From Aplysia californica (Eukaryota): a stretch of DNA of 62,090 bases. The stretch is from assembly GCF_000002075.1 (NCBI RefSeq), contig NW_004797934.1, positions 391,787 to 453,876 on the forward strand, given 5' to 3'. The notes below the pieces were generated by a model. The model did not search any database. It worked only from the letters and a program-made list of their open reading frames with translations, and was not told the origin of the DNA. Positions 24,628-37,170 of the stretch are shown in pieces. Numbering within the stretch: the stretch's first letter is position 1; each line of letters starts with the position of its first letter. A program made the translations under genes and the position numbers.

Positions 24628-26504
24628 TTTTTAATAATGTAAAAACGTTTTTCACTTCTCCAGAGAAAAAAAAGCCACTCCTGGGGGGGTGGGGGGGGGG
24701 GGTAATTATTGTATAGGAGAATGTGTACACACCTACTTGCCCTTCGTCTGTTCCTATCGTCATCGCTCTGTGTAAACGAGCCGGCGAGCCCTCGGCCCTT
24801 TACTCGCATCATTAACGAAGTGTTGGCTAGGCCTGTTTATAAGCACATTCTCGTTTCCTACCGACGCTTCTGAGCGGGATGTGGGACCGGCCGGACCATT
24901 CGTTGTTTACACACTTAACGATAGCAGGCCTCTCATTCTGTGCCTGCTCACAATAAATTATGGTTCAAGGAACAGAGAATGTGTACAAACGTAACGAGCC
25001 ACAAGCACGAGACAGTAAATTTAAATGCTCTTGCACAACAGTAGAAGGTTTGTAAATTATTCAGAGACCAAATGGGCTAGGGCATTAAATCGAGAGTTAA
25101 CTAGTTTAAGTAAGCAATCCGAGCTCTTTTCTTCACTTTCATTTTTTTTTTTTCTTGCCTCTCCTTTCCCTATATCTTCTTGAACATTTGGAGTTTGGAG
25201 CCAAAAAAGAGCGAGAGAGTCAAATGAAATTTTCCGGGCCAGACACGATCCAAAAGAACCAAATTTCTGGGATTTAGCTCCAAACTGACAACCCTGACTT
25301 TGAATATTCAGACATGAACATGATGGTGTAGAGCATCAGCCCTGACACCCCCCCCCCCCCCCTCAGGATCATGCCCGCTAAACCTCAGCCCTGATCCCTC
25401 GAGGGTCCTTTCTGGTAAAACGAGGGAGTGAGAATTATGAATAGCGAGACATGGGTTTTATTCTCACCCGGGATGAGAATAACCACTTCTTTTTCGGTAG
25501 TTCCCACCCCCCAATTATTATTCGCCGGTTTTGGCCCCAAGAGTAGGCGGGTTTCAGGGGGGCTTGGGCACTCCTGTACAATTGCGGTCCCCTTTGCACT
25601 ATTTTTAAAATCACACTAGGCCTAGCTCAGAGTACTGGATATTGATACTGATTTAAATAGTCGGTATCAATCTTTTATGTTTTATCTGTAGCCTACAACA
25701 TGAGCAGTAAAATTTCACTTGTTTTTAACAAGGCAGGGGTGGGGTTCGGGGGGGGGGGCNNNNNNNNNNNNNNNNNNNNNNNNNNNNNNNNNNNNNNNNN
25801 NNNNNNNNNNNNNNNNNNNNNNNNNNNNNNNNNNNNNNNNNNNNNNNNNNNNNNNNNNNATATTTTACTATTAGGTTTGAAATTTTCTTGAAAATAGGGC
25901 CTAATTGATTTGAGACAGTCTTGGTGGCTTTAAGTGTTATCTGCAGTTTGACACCTGAAGTAGTGCATCTGTGTACGGGAGTAAAGTAAAAATGTACCCA
26001 GTTTTGTTAACAGACAAAAAATTGCATTAAAAAATCGTAAAGCAAGATAGTAATAACAAAGTAATTGTCCGAGTGGCTCCGGACGGCAATTAGTAGGACC
26101 GTCAGTCAGTATGCTGTCGGTAATCTGGTATTATTTAAGTTGATATAAAAGTTTAGATAAAAAGGCTAAGCTGAGTTTTGGGTCAAGTAGCACCGTAGTA
26201 TAGTAGAAGTAGTAAATAACTTACTACTTCATCTGACTTCTTCCTCAAATTCTAAATTAATTTATCTTCTCTGAAGTCTGAATAGTTTTAATCAAAAATA
26301 GTACAGTAGTTTGGATCTTTATCTCAGATTGCATCATAATATCTCTAAAGATAACAGTTCTCTTTTAATAGTCTAGTATGCTAACAACTAAATTTATTCT
26401 TTCGATGATAAAACAGAAGAATCATTCTCATCTTGTTTGTTTAATTCTTTTAATTTTCAGGTAATATTAATATCTTCACTGCCCTGCTCATACTACTTAT
26501 AGTT

Positions 26505-26595
26505 ATGTCGGATCCTGAGAAAAAAGAGTCTGTGACAGACTCATGGCTGGTAGAGGAAGCTGACGAAGCAACGTATAACTGTAGTCAGGAGAAAG
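26505..26595 (+). CDS. PAGR1: PAXIP1-associated glutamate-rich protein 1, coding exon 1
   Basis: MSDPEKKESVTDSWLVEEADE (compare DWxVxxSDEE); G|gtaac donor; ttttcag acceptor at 26460. Confidence 0.75.
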
Positions 26596-27359
26596 GTAAC
26601 TATTTTTAACACCTCTTCAGCCTGTGTAATTTTGTTCTTCAGCTTCGTACCTCTCCAGCTAGTGTAATTCAGTTCATCAGCTTTGTGACCTGGCGTAGTC
26701 CTGCTGTTCTCATAACATTGCTCTTTCTACCAGCATAGGAAGAAAGCCAATTAGACCTGCCGAGTTCTCCGATAAAATTGGAACCCTCCAATTTTTATTT
26801 GCTCGTCGAAGAACCCTGATCAGATTTGCATGTAGTCCTTTTTTTTTCTTGAACTCAGTTTCCATGGGTCAAGCGCAGCATTGCAAATGACATGAAAGTA
26901 CACAGGTCTATTTAATTTTATTTGCAATATATTTGCACGATTTATCATGATTGGCATGAAAATACCCTTCTTTTATTTTGTTTATTTAAACACATTTATT
27001 TACCATGAATGATTTGTAATGTTATTTTAATCTAGGGGGTTCTGGTGACTCCCAATTTTTTTTTTCTGGCAAACTCTGGTTTTAGAGAGCCAGATGAAAT
27101 GGGCTCAAGGATAAAGTAAGAGTAAAGAACGCTATTAATGCTCATGCACAGGAGCACTGTTGGGCTTGTGTGTATTCTATCTCTGTCCTTTTTCTCTCAA
27201 ACCTCATCTGTTTTAGAACTAGGAGGTACATGGGTCTACTGACAGAATAACAGAAACGTTACTGAACATTAGCTTTTGACGTCTGCCTAAGACATGGCTG
27301 ATATATGATCTTTAACATTGTATAGCGGGTGTCCTTTTTAATGTAGAAAAGCTCTTTAT

Positions 27360-27765
27360 AATTAATAATAATAATAATGGATTGCATTTATATAGTGCAT
27401 ATCCACTTATGCAATGCTCTATGCGCTTAACATGATACATATAATGGATTTACAAATCAATTTTAAAGATACATAGTGTTACATACTCATGCAAACACAT
27501 ATTCACTCACGCACGCACCACACACATATACATACTCACATACATACATACATACATACATACATATGCACATACGCACATACAAACTCACAACGATCTA
27601 CAGCTTGGATGCATTCTGTCTAATCGAAATATGATGAAAATAGAAATGATTTTAGTTTCTTCTTAAAAATTTCTAGATTTTCTGCTTCTCTGATAGTTTT
27701 TGGAAGCCTATTCCAAACAAGTGGGGCAAAATATGAAAAAGAGCGTTGGCCATATGATTTGAAAT
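27360..27765 (-). mobile_element. 3' end of an L2/CR1-group LINE
   Basis: Encodes YGQRSFSYFAPLVWNRLPKTIREAENLEIFKKKLKSFLF, a typical ORF2 C-terminus; then a (TATG)n tract and (ATT)n tail. Confidence 0.8.
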
Positions 27766-27998
27766 TTATTTTATATTAGATAGAAATACTTTTAGATTGA
27801 TTTGTAACACAAGCCAATGTTTCATTTTAACAATCTTTCTTAAAATAATCTTTACTGGAGTTTGTTTAAAATATTGTATAAACAATGTACTTTTCGATTA
27901 ATGCCTTTATATATTATTAGTACAGATGGTTCTCTTTTCTTAAATATGTATATGATACTTTAAGGTGAACTAAAAGAATGTAAATTTGTGCTCACCAG

Positions 27999-28182
27999 GT
28001 GTTTGGCAGCCTAAAGCAGATGTTATATTGTCAATGTTCAAAAAGTTGAGTGAAGGAGGTACTCTCCCCTTGAATTGGACCTGCCCTGGCCGACGGCTGC
28101 CCGAAGTGGTCGTGAAGGAAGAAAATGATGGGGAGGAGGGTATGGAGTTGGATGAAGATGACATAAAAGAGGAAGTCACAAG
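27999..28182 (+). CDS. PAGR1: PAGR1 coding exon 2
   Basis: WQPKADVILSMFKKLSEGGTLPLNWTCPGRR plus acidic tract; cag/gt boundaries in phase. Confidence 0.9.
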
Positions 28183-28516
28183 GTACCTGTTATTGATGTA
28201 TTTGTTTTTCATACTTAAAGGATACCTGTGATGATGAGGTCAATAATTTGTTTAATTCAGGAAACTTTTTTGAGCTTCTAAAATGATAAGATGGAAATTT
28301 CTGAACAGTTTTTTTTTTTTCTTCTTTAAAGGAAAAATTAAGTAGTAATGATAACAAATGTTGAATGAGATGAATTTAATGGCTGCCCAGAATTTTATGA
28401 TGAAAAAAATATCAGTGTTTAGACTCTTGTCTTTAACAATGAAAATTTGTGTTGAGTTGGTTAACATATTCATGTTTCAAGAGTGTTAGTTTGCTTGCAT
28501 GGAGATTAATGAAATT

Positions 28517-29309
28517 CAGTGGAATCCTGTTATAACGAGGGGGAGGGGTCTGGTGCGAAATTATAGCAGGATGCTCATCATAAGGGATCCAGGAATAAAT
28601 TCAAGGGAAATAATAAAGTAGGCATAATCTATGAGTTTAGTGTTCTGTTTATTTCTTTTTGTTATCTCCCCTGATGATGGTTTTGTTCAACATGACCTCT
28701 TGGTCTTACGAGATCAAAAGTCAAATCGGGTTTCTTTTTCTAGCGCTAGTGATGTTGACAGCTCTGCGTTGGCGATCAGAAAGAAAGGTCTCTAGGCTAA
28801 CTCGCCCGCTGTATTGTCCCCCACCTCACCACACCCTGTGGTGCGTTCCATCTGCTTGCTCTCATCACACATTCACTCCATCCATCACAGCACCGTGACT
28901 TCTCCATCCCCGCATCAGAGAAGTGAGAGGCATGGTAGGCGTAGATAATCTTGACTAGGCTGGCCTATCACGTGATGCGTTCTACTTGTCTGCGCATGCC
29001 ACACCCTCCCCTCTCAATCTCATTCGCTCTGGCCTTTATTGTTGGCACACGTTGACTCTCCCATTCTTTGTTTCGCTAGATCACCAAAAAGTTTCTCAAC
29101 TGGCGAGGTTTATATGTATAATTGGCCTATGGACTGTGCACAGCAGCAGCAATATTCCGCTATAACCGGCTCACATGTTTGTCTGATTGCGCCAATAGCA
29201 GTGTTTTTATTTACAAAGATTGAGAAGGGGAAAAAAAACCGAGGCTTTACTATTGTGTCTTTATAACACTTCTTGTTATTTCAGGACTCGTTATAAGTGG
29301 ACTTTACTG
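28517..29309. mobile_element. pogo/Tigger-like MITE
   Basis: Imperfect TIRs CAGTGGAATCCTGTTATAACGAG / CTCGTTATAAGTGGACTTTACTG followed by TA; second copy at 1-491. Confidence 0.65.
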
Positions 29310-29738
29310 TAGTCAAAAACACTATCTGCTTTTTTCATTTTGAAAGGTATTGGAGAGTGTTAGTTGAACTTTTGTTATTTGACAAGGCTTTTGGATTTTT
29401 TTTTCAAGTTGTTGATTTATGTTGGGTTAGTAAAATATCAAATATAATATATTTCTGCATACATTTCTGCTTTGTGAAGTCTGAAACTTAAATTGATAGT
29501 TTTTGTATATGATGGTGACAACAACATTTGTATTGGGGTTTTTTTCACTGCTAGGAAGGGGGCTTATTTTGGGGTGTTAGATGATAGTCAGGTGTAGGTT
29601 TTGAAAATAGCTCTACCAGCTTAAGCTCAACTCTGCTTTTTCAATCTGCAGTGTCTGAAATGAGCGGTCAAGTGGGAGGTACTGTCTTAATCTTTCACTT
29701 GTGTTTGGTTTTGTTAAGTTTTTTTCTTTAATTTTCAG

Positions 29739-29818
29739 TGTGCCGGAGCCGAGCGCTTTTGATTTTGACGAAACACCGTCAGACGTTGGTACGAAACTCA
29801 CCCCAAGGAGAACCCCAG
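29739..29818 (+). CDS. PAGR1: PAGR1 coding exon 3
   Basis: VPEPSAFDFDETP...LTPRRTP matches the PAGR1 FDFDD and RRTPG motifs; ttttcag/gtatgt boundaries. Confidence 0.9.
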
Positions 29819-30019
29819 GTATGTGGGAAAAGTCATAGAGAAACATGTCGCTGTGGATGTGGAGTGGCTGGAAAAAACAAGATATTCAAAGTACAAGTGA
29901 ATAAAATAAGTTGTAAAGAAAAGAGGGGGGGAATAGGGATTAGATCCAGTACAGCCTGGTTCATGTATTTCAAATTTATGCAAAGTTCTTCGCATAGGTG
30001 ACTGTCTTACACAGTGGCA

Positions 30020-30493
30020 CTTTAAAAAAAATTTGTTCAGGTAAGTGCTTTACGGCGCTGGGCTTTAGGAAATTTTGAATTTTGCCAGCGTGGCGGCCGA
30101 ACCCTACTCATATCGATTTGAACCTCCAAAGGATTTTTAATGTGCACAACTTGCACACGGGACCTCCAAGATTTTTCGCCCTTATCCGAGAAGGCTTGGT
30201 GTAGATCTTTCCTACCATAAGATCAGGGGTGTGGCTGAAAGACAGCAGTATGAAGAAGCCAGGAGTAGCAGTAGAAAGGATGTAGAAAGAGTCAGGAGCC
30301 GAGGGGGGGGGGCAAAGGGGGTGGGGGTAGAAAGTGGAAACGAAAGCAGACGACAGACCATTATTAGAAAGCAGGAAAGGATGTGAAAGAAGAAAATGTT
30401 ATAGAAGAAATTTTTTTCATCACTATCCGGATTCGAACCAGGGACCTGTTGAATGAGAGGTGGACACATTAACCTCTAGACCACGAGAACCCC
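30020..30493 (-). mobile_element. Diverged copy of the tRNA-headed SINE
   Basis: Reverse-complement similar to 10499-11022; flanked by CACAGTGGCA repeats. Confidence 0.85.
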
Positions 30494-30695
30494 TACAGCC
30501 ACAGTGGCATTGTAATATAAAAAATATGCAAGGGATGCAATGATAAGTGGCTATAAAATTTGTACAGGTGATTGTCTTTTATTACTGATGGCCGTTACAG
30601 CAGGTTCTATTGTAGTTGTATTTTAGAGGTTCACAGGCTTCAAGGTTATTTATTTTTAGGCTATGTGGTGGGCTAACAATTGCAGAAAAGCTATA

Positions 30696-31600
30696 CGTTA
30701 GTCTCTGCCTAAGATCCTATCCCTTACGATCCAGGTTCGCTTAAGATCCCGCTGTTTTAAGAAAACAATTTTTACTATACAAAAGTCACCCCTAAGATCC
30801 CGCTCTGATTCACTCTGAAGGTCTACATTCAACTAAGATCCTGCCTTTCTGATCATAATTTACGGAATAAAAACCCTGGCGGGCACAGCCGATCAACCGA
30901 GAGGGAAAAGTTGAGGTCAATGAACCACCCGTCGTGTCATGGATCAGCCATTCTCATGAATATGATCATATGATCGTTGTAAAGCTGGATGAAACGGTAC
31001 AATGTTTGCCCCAGATGGGATCACATCGATGTGTGAACTGACTGACGCATTTGTTTTCCCCAAACATCGCACTCGCATCTGAGCTCTCCACTTAAACTTA
31101 CATCACCTCGCTCCAGGGGGGATCACATCGAACCATGAACTCTTCATTGACTATTGCGGCAGTTTTCTCTATTCCCGAATTTTCGAGACTGACTGAATTT
31201 TAATTGAGGTGGTCACAACGTAGTGGTGCGTAACGGCAGGGGGGGGGGGGAGTAGGTCAGAGACGGAAAGCTATAAATTTTCTACAGGTAAAGGGGAGGG
31301 GCAACTGGATAAGCATAGACCTTGAAACTTACGATTGGATAAGTGAAAATGGCACGCCTCATGCCACTATGCACTGTGATAGGCCGTCAAGGTTAACCAG
31401 TCTTTGCTCGCCATGTCATAAACCCACCCAGGGTTCAAGTCAGTTCATTTTAGAGTGGAGGGAGACCATTTTACTGATCGTGAGTCTTTACATGGGTCAC
31501 CATAGATTCTTTCCTGAGTTCATCGGCTTAGATCCCGGTTCACCTAAGATCCCACATTTTTCTTACTCCTGAGCACCGGGATCTTAGGCGGAGACTACTG
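30696..31600. mobile_element. TA-flanked pogo/Tc1-like MITE with TAAGATCCC subterminal repeats; fragments also at ~3999-4385 and ~4725-4980
   Basis: CGTTAGTCTCTGCCTAAGATCC ... GGGATCTTAGGCGGAGACTACTG followed by TA. Confidence 0.7.
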
Positions 31601-32066
31601 TACAGTAGGTCACTAGAATATCAAGGCCATGAGATGACTGCGTTCCTTCCTCTCTTTGCACAGGTTCGTGTAAACACATGCTAAAGAGCCCTCCCGAGCA
31701 CCATGCGTTTAGGCGGAGACTACTGTACCTTCTATTGTGCCCTTTACCATGTTTTGAGAGTTTGCTTAATAATATGACATTTTATTATTTCCTGATCATA
31801 TCTGAGTCATTGAATCAATCAAAGGGAGGGAATTTCCTTCACTTTTTTGTTCTTTTCTTTTTAAATGCAAGGAGATGCACTATTTTATAAAATTTCCTGT
31901 TTTTATATTAATGAACGTACAGTTGACAGAGTTGAGAATCTTTAGTAGGTTTTAATTGTTCTCATTCTGTATCTTTTTCTCAAGACAATTCCTGTTCAAA
32001 CGTTCCTAGACAAATTGATGCGTTCTCAGACCAAATGCTGCAACTTTGTTTTTCTTCTCTCCCCAG

Positions 32067-33442
32067 GGGGAAATGTGCGGACGCCCAGAACGGAGAAGCG
32101 AGTGGCACGAATGGACAACATCATGGACTCCCTGCGGCGAGAGCAGCTTCAGCGAGCAGCAGAGAGAGAGGCTCGAAGGGCTAAAGGGTCCCCAGCAGCT
32201 GGACGCGGGCGTCTGCTCAACTTCAACTCTCCTGGACCAAAGGTTGCCATTGGCAATACCCCAGCTACCACCACGGCAACTGTTAGTAGTGCTGGTCCGA
32301 CCGTCAGCACTTCCCACACATTGGCTAACAATGCCACCATGACCACTACGTCTTCCTCACCCATCAATGCAGCCAGTTCTTCCAGCATCAGTGTTCTAAC
32401 GCCATCTAGCGACAGCGGGGCAGCATTATCCACAAGCACGAGCTCGACTGTAGACTCTTCTGCTGCTACTACTGCTGCTGCAACAACAGCTGTTGACAAT
32501 ACTTCTGTCACCTTCGCTTCATCGACTGCTGTGAGTGTTAGTTCTGTGTTGTCAAAGGATGGAGATCTTCCTCTTCTGTCTGGGCCAGAGAAAAGTGAAG
32601 CAATGGACACTTCAGTGGCCTCGTCGACGGCAGAGGAATCTACTGCTGCCACGCCTTCTCTTCCAGTTCAAAGCACCGTTTTTCCAAGTGTAAGGGACCC
32701 AGTGAGCACCACGGTTGTAACTACTGTTTCTGTAAACATCGACACTTCTTCAGTAACTGTCAGCAACAGTGATCAAGTTTCAATTGCGGCTGTCACAAGT
32801 GCTTCCAGCACAACCTCGACATCTCAACTAGACAATGGATCAACGACAAATTTGTCAGCTTCAAGTTTGTCCACGAAACCTGGTCAGACATCTGAGACAT
32901 TATCAACAAGCAGCGTCGGTCAGCTTACCCCCTCTGTATCTGCCCCGGCCCAAGCCAGTCAGCCGTCCTCTGTGTTAGAGTCATCCACTATGGCAAGAAA
33001 TCCCTCCCCCGTTACATCAACTCCTCATGTGATCAATAACCCCACAACAACAACAGCACCGTCTTCTTCAACTCTCTCAAAAATCCCATCTCCCGGCAAC
33101 TCTGCGCCGTCTCCTGTTTCCACATCTGCTCAGAACACTAGCGTTAATTCTACATCTGCTGCCAGTGGCGTCACCTCGTCAGTGACAGAGACCACCAGCA
33201 GCATCGAGTTACATGCCCAGCCTCTGACAGCAACAACAACAACATCGATGGTGGTGACATCAGAATCTACCAGTGACGGATCTGTTGCAAACGTTGCTGT
33301 AAACCTGGAGGAATTAACGCAGGACCCCGCTGATGTTGCACTCACTGCTCCTGCTGCAGTTGATGCGGAGAGGCCTCTGGTGGACAATGTTAGTGATATA
33401 CCTTTGCCTGCTGGTGCCCCGCCTCCAAGTAGTGGTTCGTAA
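32067..33442 (+). CDS. PAGR1: PAGR1 last coding exon with long Ser/Thr-rich extension
   Basis: Strong pyrimidine acceptor; EKRVARMDNIMDSLRR matches KREARLDKVLSDMKR; 458-codon open frame to TAA. Confidence 0.88.
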
Positions 33443-36266
33443 CTGGGCAACTCACACCTGTAGCTGAGCATTTAGCATTAGGGAAGGTCAAAATAAAATA
33501 CGTCAAATTTTACATACTTGTATTCTAGCTCCAATGGTTTGTGCTTCTCCTTACAATACCTTTTAGTAAGGAGACCTGAAAGTGACAATGTATATATGGT
33601 CGTTTTTAAGCACAATGGAGGCTGTCCCGAAAAATGCTGTTTTGACAAAATGAAAGGTAAAGTTTTTGGATGCTTTTTCAGTTCCTTTAAAAGACAAGGA
33701 GAGTTTTCTCTATTTATCCCAACAAATATACGCACCAATCAAACCAAACTTCTGCTATAGGTAGGTCAATGCCCACTTTTGGTGTAGGTCAAGATTTCTA
33801 GAAACCCCGGAAATCTGGGTTAGCCCGCTTGTCCTTCAAAGCGACCATATATACAGTATTATACAGGTAGCTCGAATTCGTTGGGACCAGCCTTAGTAGT
33901 TCGAGGGATCCGTTGTTGGAGGGGTACATGAACCGTGTTATGGTTATGGCATTGGCTGTGTCAGAGAATCAAGGTGTACTAAAAAGTCCAAGTATTGAGA
34001 CATTTTCATTTTAGCTAAAATTTAGTAAAGTGAGCAGTTTTTTTTTGTTGTTTTTTTAGTTTTCTGAAAACAAAACAAAAAATGACTTGGGCAAAGATGT
34101 TCTGACCGGGATGATGTTGTAGCCCTTGGAAGCTGAAGTATCCCACCGAGAAATTGTTGTTTATAAGACTTTTGTAGAGTGATTTTAGAATGCACGTTAT
34201 AGACCTCATCCTTTTTGTGATTGGTTGCATAAATGTGTGTAGTGATATCAGATGCTGCAACACTGTACATCCTCCAGGGGATTCTCATATATGTTGTTTC
34301 ACTACCTACTGTAGTTACTTTTTTATTAGTTTAACAATCTTTTGGAAAGGTACAAGACAAGAAAAACAGCATCTTGCTTGAAAATGTGTACTGTCTTGTA
34401 TCTTCATTTGTTTTTAAAATCTTGCCCATTTTTATGCGTCTGCATTATATAAATGGTGAGTGTTGTTAGCTCAGTGAGAATAAAGTGTCAATATATGTGA
34501 AGAAAGCTTATGGAGCAGTGATATAACGAAATTCTGAGAAACTTATTCATGAGACATAAAATCAGTCGGATGCCATCTTTTTGTTTCAAAAATACTTTTT
34601 AAAAACTATTTCTCTTTTTTTTCTAATTGGGTACTAACGTTATGTAAATCTGGTATGTGCATACATTTTTATAACATTTAACATATCGCAGATCCTTGCT
34701 TTGCATTGAGACCTCAAATAACTGAGCAGAATCAATCTTAAGCGTGACCCAGTTTGACTTGAAAATATTGAAATTTGAGACTCCATAGTCTCTTTGTACA
34801 TACCACTGTTGATTTACATTGTATATATTTGTGTGTACAAAAGAATGTATATATTTGTGAGTACTACAGGAAGAGAAATTATGAAATGTATAATGAGCAG
34901 TCTAGCATTCACATTGCAAAATAGGCAGGAAGCAGAAATCTTTTCATATAAATACGAATTTCACTATGTACTTGTTTTATTTATAAGAACATACATGTAA
35001 GAAAAAATGTGGGACCTGAAAAGCGTGTCTGCTATTATGCTAGTCTGTAGATATGTGTGCACTTGTTTTTCATTTCTATTATGAAACTATGAAAGGACGA
35101 GGCATTTTTGGAAGTTCAAAGGATTCTGCCAAAAATGGTAATGGACTTTACTAATGAAGTCAAATTGATTATTTTTTTCCAAGACATAAATGGCAGCAGA
35201 AATATAAACAGGTAATTGATAAGGCTGTTTTCGCCTGTCTAGGTGATTAGTTCCCTTTTTTGTCGTCTTTATTTATGTAAGAAATGTTGTTTGTGAAATG
35301 AGTATATGGTTAAAGACAGATGTGTTCAAAAATTTCTAATAAAGCAAGTGGTTTCATTTATACTCATAGCCGTAGTTCATTTTCCTTTCTTGCAAACATT
35401 TCTCTGCTGTTCCCTTGTATTTTTTTCCATGTAGTTTTTGCAACCTATTGACACAATTTAGATAATTTAGGAGGCCGGCTTTAACCCTGCCTGTCAGGCC
35501 AACCCAGGGTAAAGGGGATACAACATCCCAACAGGTACTCCATTGAAATGTTCTCCCCACTCGGTCTCTTGCATGCAAATGTTAAAGTGCCTCACCGCTA
35601 CACCACAGGCGCAGAAAATTCGTGAGGCAGGACAACTTGACTGTTGAAAGCTGAAGGAAGTGTCAAAATAATATCTGCCCTTGACTAAAGAAACAAATAA
35701 GTGTACACAGTTGAAGAGCACTGGTAAAAATATAACTTATAACAAAAACACACTAAGTCCAACACTTTGCACACTACGATGATCACGGTCCGCTGTTTCC
35801 TGTTCCTGTAAGATAAAACTGCAACCCCACTGTGACCTCTTTAGTCCTTAGTCACCCCAGATGCTGGGCACTATGCCAAGAAATTGGGATAACGGGGGGA
35901 GGGGGGGGTAGGCAGCTATAACTTTATACGGTAAAACTTCGGTATAACGTATAGCTTCGAACGTACTATTGGCTAAAACATAAATTACTTTCTAAAACCC
36001 CAAATCCCATTTAGTATTTTAATTCCTTTTGCCTTTTATGAACCTTGGCTAGGACATCTTGGGTCTGAAGGGAGGATGTACGGAGGTTTTGTAGAATTTC
36101 GTTTTCACTAGATCTAGAGTATCTTGTATCTTCAAAAAGTGTACTGCTACTGAAAACAGTGGAAATGTGAGGGACACCACACATTAAATGGTTAGTAAGT
36201 TTTGCAGCACTTCCAACACATATAGGCCATATAAGTGCAGAAGATTTGAGTTTACTTTTAGTAAGG

Positions 36267-36602
36267 TTTTACTGCGCTCGCAACTGCATAGGTCATATGA
36301 GCGCCAAGTGGTGGATGTCAACAGAGAAGTCCAAACGGAGAATCAAGCTTACTTGCTCACCTCTCTAACCTCTACAGCACAAAATCTGCTTCGACTATCA
36401 AGGCACCCCGTAAATAGCTGTTCACAAGAGAGTGACAAACATACAAAAGAAGTAGAGGAAAATGACAGATAGTAATGATGAGGAAAGAAAAAGCAGCAAT
36501 TCCCCCTTTGTTGTTCCGGCACAGTATGAGCATGACATTGATTAATCAGCCCATTTACAATTCCATTGTGCGTAAGAAAGAGTTAATATCCCCCCTTTGG
36601 GA
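36267..36602 (-). mobile_element. LINE 3'UTR-like fragment; second copy at ~52231-52568
   Basis: Two similar ~335-bp copies ending GCGCTCATATGACCTATGCAGTTGCGAGCGCAGTAAAAC. Confidence 0.65.
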
Positions 36603-36744
36603 GTAGCATGGGTACAATTACGTTCAGTTTCAATACAAGTTTTATGACACAAATAGTTCATTTAAGTGCAGATGGTTAGAGGTGTAACTAGAGAGTTACA
36701 TTTAAAGAAAAGAAGGAGAAGAGATAAGTTTAAATAAGTTTAGT

Positions 36745-37170
36745 TTTAGTAAGAGTTTTATGGCACTTGCAACATCACAATAATGTCATATAAGTGCCGA
36801 AGATTAGAGGTGTTACAAGAGAGTAACAAACACAAAAAAGGAGGAGGAGAGATAAAGACGATAGATGTTTCATAGGAAATAAGCAAACTACACCAGAGCA
36901 CCCGCCAACCACCCACGAAGTTTAAGTAAGAGCTTTATGGCTCTTGCAACACAGTAAGGTCATACAAATGCAGAAGATTAGAGGTGCAAAAAGAGGGTAA
37001 TGAACACAAAAAAGGACGAGAGATCAGGACAACAGATGCTTCATAGGAAAGAAGGAGCAAACCACACTAGCGCATCTGCCAACCACCCACAAAGCGATAT
37101 CCGGAAAAATTGATGTTTGATAAAAAAGAAGCAGCAAATTACACCCGGGCACCTGCCAACCAGCCACACA
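36745..37170 (-). mobile_element. Tandem cluster (2 full, 1 partial) of the ~180-bp retroposon
   Basis: Repeated GAAGATTAGAGGTG...CAACCACCCAC. Confidence 0.75.

Noticed and set aside
14812-24812. Many 60-130 aa ORFs in the ORF track
   Set aside because: They derive from microsatellites and MITE interiors or run through N gaps; no recognisable domains
32015-32066. Standalone 475-aa mucin-like ORF starting at 32015
   Set aside because: The first residues are intronic pyrimidine tract; there is no signal peptide and the ORF is the last PAGR1 exon
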